This document shows positions 19,497 to 26,693 of a DNA stretch of 64,000 nt, in pieces. Position numbers and translations under genes: made by a program. The notes under the pieces were generated by a model that saw nothing but the letters and a program-made list of their open reading frames with translations, was not told the origin of the DNA and searched no databases. Origin of the DNA: Alphaproteobacteria bacterium (lineage in GTDB: Bacteria; Pseudomonadota; Alphaproteobacteria; Rhizobiales; JAJFHC01); assembly GCA_021775805.1 (NCBI GenBank), contig JAJFHD010000017.1:3142-67141 (forward strand). Reading direction: 5' to 3'. Every line of letters begins with the position of its first letter. The first letter of the stretch is position 1.

Positions 19497-20045
19497 ATGG
19501 AGCGTCCCGTGAACAGACCTCAGGAGCGCCCAGGCCGGAGCATCGAAGACCAGTCGGGACAGGATCCGCCACCCGACGCAGGAACCAAAAGATCTGCCGA
19601 GCCGGTCCTGCTCGAGACAATCATTCCCTATCTGATCAACCGCCTTGCTTACAAGATGAACCGGGATCTCAACGCCGACCTGCAGCGCCACGGCCTTCAC
19701 ATTTCCCATTGGCGGGTGCTCTCGGTTCTCGATTCCAGACCGGCCAGTTCAATAAACGATCTCGCGGACTATGCCATGATCGAGCAGTCGACTCTTAGCC
19801 GGCTGCTGGACAAGATGGAAAGGGACGGTCTGCTCGAGCGCGAACGCGCCCACAGCGATGGCCGGGTTCGCAATGTGTCGCTCACACAGAAAGGCCGGCG
19901 GACCTACGACACAGTGCGGGGCTTGGCGCTTGTCCACACCCAACGGGTCGTCGAATGTCTCTCGGACGATCAACAGGCAGCATTCCATGCCATGGTCGAG
20001 GCGATGGACGCGAGCCTGGAAGGTTCTGATGCGCGCGGATCCTAG
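19497..20045 (+). CDS. MarR family transcriptional regulator
   Basis: Winged-helix core (WRVLSVL..INDLADYAMIEQSTLSRLLDKMERDGLLER). The start abuts the iorB stop (TGAATG). Confidence 0.85.
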   Translation: MERPVNRPQERPGRSIEDQSGQDPPPDAGTKRSAEPVLLETIIPYLINRLAYKMNRDLNADLQRHGLHISHWRVLSVLDSRPASSINDLADYAMIEQSTLSRLLDKMERDGLLERERAHSDGRVRNVSLTQKGRRTYDTVRGLALVHTQRVVECLSDDQQAAFHAMVEAMDASLEGSDARGS

Positions 20046-20174
20046 CTGGCCCTGATTCCTGGCCAGCAGATGCTACCCTCCGATGCTTGTCACTGTCACG
20101 CCCTGTTCATTGGCGGTGCCGGCAACGCGCCGGCTGTTTGTTCGGATGGCGTCGACCCACAACCCGGTCATCAA

Positions 20175-20336
20175 TCACACGCCGCTTTCCTCTACGGCGG
20201 TCAGGCGAGCGGACTGATCGATTACCATGGCGCATTTGCCCAATCGCCCGGCGCGCTGGTAGGCGTTGCTGGCCCCCCGTGACACCAGCACCAATCACAG
20301 CTATGTCGGCTTTGCGGGGATGCTCTTTTTGCTCAT
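20175..20336 (-). pseudogene. remnant of the N-terminus of an FAD-dependent oxidoreductase
   Basis: The minus strand reads MSKKSIPAKPT*..DIAVIGAGVTG, a Rossmann GxGxxG dinucleotide motif. It then needs a frameshift in a G6 run to continue as ASNAYQRAGRLGKCAMVIDQ, followed by early stops. Confidence 0.3.
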
Positions 20337-20598
20337 GACCGCTTCCCCATCGATTGGCTGACTGCATTGGCGCCGGGTTCGTTGTGGTCATGTGTTCTGT
20401 GAGCAATTGAGGCCGTCGGTAAACCCTTAACCTTCAAACGTTGAGAGGAAATTCGGATGCCGCAGCACAGGCCGCGGCATCCGGTGTTGTCAGGCAGACT
20501 CAGTAACGGCGCCGTCTCTGGCTCTGGCGCTTGTAGCTGCGTTTCGCGTTGCGCCGCAAACTCGTGACCGCCCCTCGAGGGAGGCAGCGTCACCTCAC

Positions 20599-20955
20599 CT
20601 ACCGTTGGCCGCCATGGAAGCCGCGGCCGCCGAAGTGCCGGTAGCCATAGCGGTAACCGCCGTGGTGACGCCGCTTGTAGCCACCGAAGAAGCCGTTGCG
20701 GTAACCGCGCCTGCCGTGATGGCGGCCGTAACCGCGGTGGTAGAAGCCATGGCCGCGCTTGAAGCCGCCATGGGAGTAACGGCGCCCGCCGAAGCCGCGC
20801 CGCTTGTACCGGCCGGACACGTTGATGACGTTCGCGTGGTGTTCGCCAGAACCTGCGAAGACCGCGGAGCCGGGTGCTGCCGAGACCGGACTGGCCGCCA
20901 CCGAGAAAAGGCCGATGGCACCGACCAGTGCAGACAAGATCGCCTTGTTGTTCAT
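20599..20955 (-). CDS. secreted Gly/Arg/His/Tyr-rich low-complexity peptide (118 aa precursor)
   Basis: AAGGAGAA RBS, ATG at 20955 and signal peptide MNNKAILSALVGAIGLFSVAASPVSA. These are followed by RGFGGRRYSHGGFKRGHGFYHRGYGRHHGRRGYRNGFFGGYKRRHHGGYRYGYRHFGGRGFHGG. Confidence 0.7.
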   Translation of the reverse strand: MNNKAILSALVGAIGLFSVAASPVSAAPGSAVFAGSGEHHANVINVSGRYKRRGFGGRRYSHGGFKRGHGFYHRGYGRHHGRRGYRNGFFGGYKRRHHGGYRYGYRHFGGRGFHGGQR

Positions 20956-21265
20956 GTCATTCTCCTTCGCGTGTTGGCGGGTGCAGGATGCAACGGTCCG
21001 ATGGAATTCGGGCCGGGCCCGCACCTTAAGTTCATGGACAAGACGGAACCCGATGGGGAACGCGGCCTCGCCTGTCTGACACTCAGATGGGAGGCTGTCC
21101 CGGATAAGACGATCAACCGGACGCCACTTCTTCGTGACCCGGTTCGTGAACTGTGCGTGACCGTTGAGCGCGCAGCCGTTCGCGGCCCTTGTGCGAAAGC
21201 TGCAGTCTTGCCAATGTGTCTGCCCCAAACACCGCACCACCGCCCCCGGAGAAAGCACAACGCCC

Positions 21266-22288
21266 ATGTACGATTTCTACAGCGACACAAAATCGAAACC
21301 GACCCGCGCCATGCTGGAAGCCATGATCGCCGCAGAGGTCGGTGACGAGCAAAAAGGCGAGGACCCCACCACCAATGCCCTGTGCGAACGGGTGGCGGAT
21401 GAACTGGGACAGGAGGCGGCCGTCTTCCTGCCGTCGGGCACCATGTGCAACGAGATCGCAATCAGGGTTCACTGCCGGCCGGGCGACGAGGTGATCAGCG
21501 ACCAGACCAGCCACATCATCAATTTCGAAGGCGGCGGTCCGGCCGCCCTCAGCGGTGTCGTGCTGAAGGGCCTGCCCGGCGAACGCGGCATCTTCTCGCC
21601 GGACGACGTGAAAGCGGCAGTCCGCCCGCCCAACCGATATGCCCCGCGCAGCCGGCTGGTCAGTGTCGAACAGACCGCCAATCTGGGCGGCGGCAAGGTC
21701 TGGCCGCAACATGACATGGCGACGGTGGTCACGGCCGCCCACGATGCCGGCCTGCTGACGCACATGGACGGCGCCCGGCTGTTCAACGCCTGTGTCAAGG
21801 CAGGTGTTTCGGCCCGGGCCTACACCAGCCAGTTCGACTCGTGTTGGGTCGATTTCACAAAGGGCCTGGGCGCACCGGTGGGCGCAGTGCTGGCAGGCTC
21901 ACGGGGCTTCATCGGCGAGGCCTGGCGGTTCAAGCAGCAATGGGGTGGCGCCATGCGCCAGTCGGGAGTGATCGCGGCTGCCTGTCTTTATGCGCTCGAT
22001 CATCATGTAGACCGGCTGGCCGACGATCACGGGCTGGCGGCCACCATCGGCACGCATCTGCAAGGCCTGCCCAAGGTTGAGAGCGTCCTGCCGGTGGAAA
22101 CCAACATCGTGATTTTCGACATCGCGGCCGGCGGACCGACCGGCCAGGGGTTGGTGGACACGCTTGAGAAAGACGGCATCGTCATCGGCGCCTTTGCGGA
22201 AAGACGCGTGCGGATCGTCACCCATATCGGGGTCGGTGAAGATGCTGGCCGGGATCTGTGTGCCGGGTTGTCGCGCCATCTTGGTTGA
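21266..22288 (+). CDS. ltaE: low-specificity L-threonine aldolase (PLP-dependent, beta-eliminating lyase fold)
   Basis: N-terminus MYDFYSDTKSKPTRAMLEAM..GDEQKGEDPT and DGARLFNA motifs typical of LtaE. ATG at 21266. Confidence 0.85.
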   Translation: MYDFYSDTKSKPTRAMLEAMIAAEVGDEQKGEDPTTNALCERVADELGQEAAVFLPSGTMCNEIAIRVHCRPGDEVISDQTSHIINFEGGGPAALSGVVLKGLPGERGIFSPDDVKAAVRPPNRYAPRSRLVSVEQTANLGGGKVWPQHDMATVVTAAHDAGLLTHMDGARLFNACVKAGVSARAYTSQFDSCWVDFTKGLGAPVGAVLAGSRGFIGEAWRFKQQWGGAMRQSGVIAAACLYALDHHVDRLADDHGLAATIGTHLQGLPKVESVLPVETNIVIFDIAAGGPTGQGLVDTLEKDGIVIGAFAERRVRIVTHIGVGEDAGRDLCAGLSRHLG

Positions 22289-22314
22289 GGCCGCAGGCGG
22301 GGAACAGTATTATC

Positions 22315-22376
22315 GTTTCCCGTGCGCGATGCAGCACACCAGTGCTGCGTTGCAGACACGGGATCGCGCCGCACGC
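22315..22376. repeat. REP-like imperfect palindromic element, copy 1
   Basis: GTTTCCCGTGCGCGATGCAGCACaccaGTGCTGCGTTGCAGACACGGGA lies between convergent genes. Near-identical copies are at 23202..23263 and 63765..63813. Confidence 0.8.
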
Positions 22377-22391
22377 AAGCACCTGCTTTTT

Positions 22392-23039
22392 TCATCCTCC
22401 GGCCGGCTGCCTGATGTCCTCAAGGTCGCAGACCCAGCCGAACAGATGGCCTTCCCCGGCAATCAGAGAGAGTGCGGCGTCGTGCAGGCCGGGTTCGGTG
22501 GCGGCACAGCAGTCGGCGACGGTGACACACCAGTAGCCGCGGTCGACGGCCTCGCGCAGGGTCGAGTGAACGCAGCACTGGGTGGTCACGCCGCAGACGA
22601 TCAGGTGATCGATGCCGGCGGTGTGCAGTATTTCATCCAAATCGGTTTGATGGAAGGCGCCGAAGCTTGCCTTGTCGATCACGGTTTCGTCTGGAAGCGG
22701 CGTCACGTCGCCCAGAAAATCATGCCCCGGTTCGCCCTTGATGCAGAAACGGCCCAGCGGACCGGGCCGTCCGACGTAGTCGAGGGTGCGTCTGTAGGGC
22801 GACACATCGTGCAAGTCGGCGTGGTAGGATTCGCGGGTGTGGATGACCCGGCAGCCAAGCGCACGCGCCGCCGCGATCAGACCGGCCACACGCGGGATGA
22901 TCGCCTGCATGTCGTTTATGCCGTCGCCGGCGTCATCGATAAAGAACTGCTGCTGCATGTCGATGGCGAGCAATGCGGTGGTGGCGGGGAAAAACCGGTA
23001 GGTGCGGTTGCTGCGGCAGGGAACGGAAATCTCGTGCAT
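22392..23039 (-). CDS. isochorismatase-family cysteine hydrolase
   Basis: LLAIDMQQQF (Asp), IDKASFGAF (Lys) and LIVCGVTTQCCV (Cys) triad context. ATG at 23039; the longer track ORF runs through the repeat region. Confidence 0.85.
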   Translation of the reverse strand: MHEISVPCRSNRTYRFFPATTALLAIDMQQQFFIDDAGDGINDMQAIIPRVAGLIAAARALGCRVIHTRESYHADLHDVSPYRRTLDYVGRPGPLGRFCIKGEPGHDFLGDVTPLPDETVIDKASFGAFHQTDLDEILHTAGIDHLIVCGVTTQCCVHSTLREAVDRGYWCVTVADCCAATEPGLHDAALSLIAGEGHLFGWVCDLEDIRQPAGG

Positions 23040-23161
23040 GGGGTGTCTGCTTGTTTGAGTTGGGGGACCGATGGTGCTTCGCCGGTCAGCGTACAGGCCA
23101 CCTGCCCGATTGACGAGACCTTGAGCGGTAATGACGGGCATGCCGCGTGGATAGGCGAATA

Positions 23162-23321
23162 GATCCCGGATCGCGCTTTGCTTGTCCGGGAAACGGTGGT
23201 CGTTTCCCGTGCGCAATGCAGCACGCCAGTGCTGCTTCGCAGACACGGGAGCGCGGCACACGCTGACGCCTGTAAACGGGGCGATCCCGGATTGACCTTG
23301 CGGCCGTCCGGGAAACGGGTG
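23162..23321. repeat. composite of three consecutive hairpin units (flanking unit / REP copy 2 / flanking unit)
   Basis: Units 23162..23198 and 23283..23321 share GATCCCGGAT..GTCCGGGAAACGG(G)TG, with internal TCCCGGA/TCCGGGA pairing. They bracket REP copy 2 at 23202..23263. Confidence 0.75.
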
Positions 23322-23763
23322 CCGATGGCGGGTCCCGGTCATTTTCCATCACCCAACCCAAGAAATTTCTCAACCGCCAGATCACCACATCGCCCGGACT
23401 ACAACTTCGGTTTATCCCCGGCACCCTCCGTCGCCATTACAGCGCGGATTTCTGCGCATCCGTTACCGCAGGGTTAACAGCGCTTGAATCGATCCGCCGA
23501 AAAACCGCGGAAATCTGCCTTAAATTGTACCGGAATTTCGGAAACTTTCTTCAGCCGGGGCCGCAATAATCGAGGCAATGAGAACGAGGAAACCGGTCGA
23601 TGCGTTGTTTCTGTCTTCAAGAACCGTTGGTGTGCGCCCCTAAACCTTAGTTGTATTTTGTCGGATCCGGTGGCATTTCCTGCCGCCCGCACATTGCCGA
23701 CGCCCTTATCGAAAGACAGATGCTCGCCCGGCCGGAAACCTTGACGTAACCGCTGGAGCCTGG

Positions 23764-26430
23764 ATGACCGCGCCGGTCAAAGACATAACCTATCGCGCCT
23801 TTCTGTCCTATAGCCACAGGGACACGAGCGAGGCTGCTTGGTTGCACAAGAAGCTGGAGGAATGGCGTATCGACCGGGACCTGGTGGGCCGGGAGACAAC
23901 CATCGGCCCGGTGCCCGAGACCCTGCGCCCAATCTTCCGCGACCGCGAGGACTTTGCCGGCGGCCACTCGCTCGAGCAGGCGACCCATGCAGCGCTGGAG
24001 GCGTCGGAATTCCTGATCGTGCTGTGTTCGCCCAGTGCGGTGGCCAGCGACTATGTCAACGAAGAGGTCCGCAAGTTCAAAGCCATGGGTCGGGCCGACC
24101 GGGTGATCCCGGTGATCATAGCGGGCGAGCCCTATAGCGACACCTTCGAGTGCTTTCCGCCGGCGGTGAAATACACCGTCGACGACTGGGGCCAGATCAC
24201 CGACACGCCCGCCGAACCGCTGGCGCCCGACTTCCGCGACAGGGGCGACGGCCGCAGGCGGGCGGCCGCCAAGGTGGTCGCCGGCCTGTTGGGGGTGCGC
24301 TACGACGAGATCCGGCAGCGGGCCCGGCAGGCCAGAAGCCGGGCCCGGCTGCAGACGACGATCGCCGCCGCCTCGTTCCTGATGGTTACCTTCATGGGCG
24401 GGTTCTACTACTGGAAGACGATCCACCTGGCGACCCAGCAGGAGTTGAGCCAGAAACAGTTGGCCAAACTGGAAGGCCTGGTCAAGGACCTGTTGTCGTC
24501 GAGTGCGGAGACGGCGGGGAGCCCTGAGCCCGAGACGGCGGAGGATCTGGAAAAGGCACTCAAGTTCGCCCAGCGCCGGGCCAATGCCGGTGACCGGCGC
24601 ATGGCCCGGGCCCTGATCCAGCTGAGCTGGGGGCGCGTGGTCGAAGCGCAGAAACTGTTCCAGGAGGTGGCCGACGACAAGGCCGCCCGGATCGAAAAGG
24701 CCCGGACCTACATCAAGCGCCAGGAGACCGAGACGGCGGCCGCCTTCCGCAACCTGGGCGCGATCGCCCGGCTGGCCGATCCCCGCCGGGCCCGCATGGC
24801 CTATGCCCGGGCGCTCGAGTTCGATCCCGATCACCCCGATACGCTCTACTGGCACGGCACGCTGCACCTGCGGGCGGGCGACCTGGGCACGGCGGAGAAA
24901 TCCCTCACCCGCCTGATGGACGTCGCGACGCTCAAGCGCAACCGTCTGGGCATCTACCGCGCCCACCTGCGCCTGGGCGAAATCGTCAAGGACCGGGGCA
25001 ATCTCGAGGCCGCCCTCGTCCACCAGCGCCAGGCGATCGCGATAGCCCGCGGGCGCCTGACCGAGCAACCGAAAAACCTCGACCGCCAGCACGAACTGTC
25101 GGTGTCGTATGAAAAGGTAGGCGACGTCCAGATGGCGCAGGGCAACCTGGCCGGAGCGCTGCGTAACTACAACAAGGCCCTGGCGATTGCCGAACGGCTG
25201 ATCGCCACGGACCCGGACAACGCCGGCTGGCAACGCGGCCTGTCGATCAGCCATGAACGGGTCGGCAACATCCAGATTACGCAAGGCGACCTGGAAAGCG
25301 CGCTTAAATCCCACCGCGGCGCCCTGGCGATCCGCGAACGGCTGGCAAAGGCCGACCCCAAGAATGCCGGCTGGCAGCGTGGCCTGTCGGTCTCCTTCGA
25401 GCGGGTCGGCAATGTGGAAATGCGCCAGGGCAATCTTGAAGGTGCGTTGACACTTTATCACGAGGGCCTGGCGATCACCGAACGCCTGGCAGCGTCGGAC
25501 CCCAACAACGCCGGCTGGCAGCGCGATCTGTCGGTCTCCCACGGCCGTGTGGGCAGTGCGCTGGCGGCCCAGGGCGACCTGAAGAGCGCGCTCAAATCCT
25601 ACCGTGACAGCCTCGCGATCGCCGAACGGCTGGCGTCGTCCGACATCGAGAACGCCGGCTGGCAGCGCGACCTGTCGGTGTCATACGAAAAGGTCGGCGA
25701 CGTGCAGCTGACCCAGAACGATCTTGGCGGCGCGCTCAGCACCTACCGGCGCAGCCTGGCGATCCGCCAGCATCTGGCGGGCTCGGACCCCAAGAATGCC
25801 GGTTGGCAGCGCGACCTTGCGGTGTCCTACAACAAGCTCGGCGACGTCCAGGTGGCGCACGGGGCGCACGACGCGGCGCAGAGCGCGTTTGGCCATGCCC
25901 ACGCGATCATGGAACGGCTGACCGCGTCCGACCCGATGAACGCGGGCTGGCAGCATCACCTGTCGATGTCGCTGGAAAAAATCGGCACCGTGCGCCTCGC
26001 CCAGGGCGCCTTCGACCAGGCGCTCGCCGCCTACAGCGGCGGCCTGTCGATCACCCGGAAGCTGGCGTCATCGGACCCGCGCAACGCGTCGTGGCAGCGC
26101 GACCTGTCGGTGGCCTTTTCCAATGTGGGCCGGGTGCAGGTGGAACTGGGCGAACACGAGGCCGCCCTCACCGCCTACCGCCACGGCCTCCTGATCATGG
26201 AAAAGCTCGCCACCGCCGACCCCGGCAATCCCGGCCTGCAGGTGGACCTGGTGGTCGGCCAGGGCAAGCTCGGCCTGCTGTTCGTGAAAATGAACCGCCG
26301 TGAGGAGGCACTGGCGACCTTCCGGGAAGGCCGGGCGATGATCGCGCCGCTGGCGAGGAATGCGGAGCATGGGCGGTGGCAGGATTTCCTGGGGCTGTTT
26401 GACCGGGAGATTGCGTCGTTGGGGGGGTGA
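23764..26430 (+). CDS. TIR domain - single TM helix - TPR-like repeat protein (888 aa)
   Basis: TIR_2-like N-terminus (RAFLSYSHRD, FLIVLCSPSAVASDYVNEEV). Arg-rich RQRARQARSRAR followed by hydrophobic TTIAAASFLMVTFMGGFYYW. Then nine 48-aa repeats (NAGWQRDLSVSYEKVGDVQ..QGDL..AL..Y..LAI.ERLA..DP). Confidence 0.85.
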   Translation: MTAPVKDITYRAFLSYSHRDTSEAAWLHKKLEEWRIDRDLVGRETTIGPVPETLRPIFRDREDFAGGHSLEQATHAALEASEFLIVLCSPSAVASDYVNEEVRKFKAMGRADRVIPVIIAGEPYSDTFECFPPAVKYTVDDWGQITDTPAEPLAPDFRDRGDGRRRAAAKVVAGLLGVRYDEIRQRARQARSRARLQTTIAAASFLMVTFMGGFYYWKTIHLATQQELSQKQLAKLEGLVKDLLSSSAETAGSPEPETAEDLEKALKFAQRRANAGDRRMARALIQLSWGRVVEAQKLFQEVADDKAARIEKARTYIKRQETETAAAFRNLGAIARLADPRRARMAYARALEFDPDHPDTLYWHGTLHLRAGDLGTAEKSLTRLMDVATLKRNRLGIYRAHLRLGEIVKDRGNLEAALVHQRQAIAIARGRLTEQPKNLDRQHELSVSYEKVGDVQMAQGNLAGALRNYNKALAIAERLIATDPDNAGWQRGLSISHERVGNIQITQGDLESALKSHRGALAIRERLAKADPKNAGWQRGLSVSFERVGNVEMRQGNLEGALTLYHEGLAITERLAASDPNNAGWQRDLSVSHGRVGSALAAQGDLKSALKSYRDSLAIAERLASSDIENAGWQRDLSVSYEKVGDVQLTQNDLGGALSTYRRSLAIRQHLAGSDPKNAGWQRDLAVSYNKLGDVQVAHGAHDAAQSAFGHAHAIMERLTASDPMNAGWQHHLSMSLEKIGTVRLAQGAFDQALAAYSGGLSITRKLASSDPRNASWQRDLSVAFSNVGRVQVELGEHEAALTAYRHGLLIMEKLATADPGNPGLQVDLVVGQGKLGLLFVKMNRREEALATFREGRAMIAPLARNAEHGRWQDFLGLFDREIASLGG
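25075..26370 (+). repeat. intragenic tandem repeat, 9 units of 144 nt (48 aa) inside the TIR-TPR gene
   Basis: Repeat-initial Asn at residues 438, 486, 534, 582, 630, 678, 726, 774 and 822, an exact 48-residue period. Confidence 0.85.
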
Positions 26431-26693
26431 AGGGGAGAGTCTGGGTTTGGGGGGTGGGCTCAACAGGTGAATGCGGACGTTGCAACTTCTAACCAACAGG
26501 TCCCTTAAGTGCCATAAATCGCCGTTCATGGTGTCGTAGAAAAGGTCGGTATTGCTGCGGAGTAAACCTGAGTTTGATGGCTTGCTGATGGCGGTGCTGT
26601 CAGACGAATGCAAATCAGTCTCGGCAAGTTCAGTGACGCTGCCCACCTTATACTAGCTTCTCCGGAAAAAGCCTTTTGTTCGTCCGAATCGGA

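Noticed and set aside
20605-21345. 246-aa Ala/Val-rich ORF
   Set aside because: It is the reverse complement of the Gly/Arg-rich peptide gene (GGN/CGN codons read as NCC/NCG). It has no RBS or signal, whereas the minus-strand gene has both.
22386-22393. T-run after REP copy 1 as a canonical intrinsic terminator
   Set aside because: The T-run is about 20 nt from the base of the main hairpin, so the stem-plus-U-tract geometry is not canonical. Any terminator role of the REP itself remains possible but is unproven.
23647-25542. 631-aa ORF antisense to the TIR-TPR gene
   Set aside because: It is repetitive only because it mirrors the TPR repeats, and has no start context or motifs. The plus-strand frame has clear domain signatures.
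25075-26370. CRISPR-like regular repeats
   Set aside because: The period is 144 nt with no unique spacers, and it lies entirely inside a coding frame. It is a protein repeat array, not a CRISPR.
26431-26646. Minus-strand ORF start (MGSVTELAETDLHSSDST..) in the spacer after the TIR gene
   Set aside because: The ORF continues as an antisense shadow into the TIR gene. It has no RBS, no recognisable family and low-complexity Ser/Leu content.
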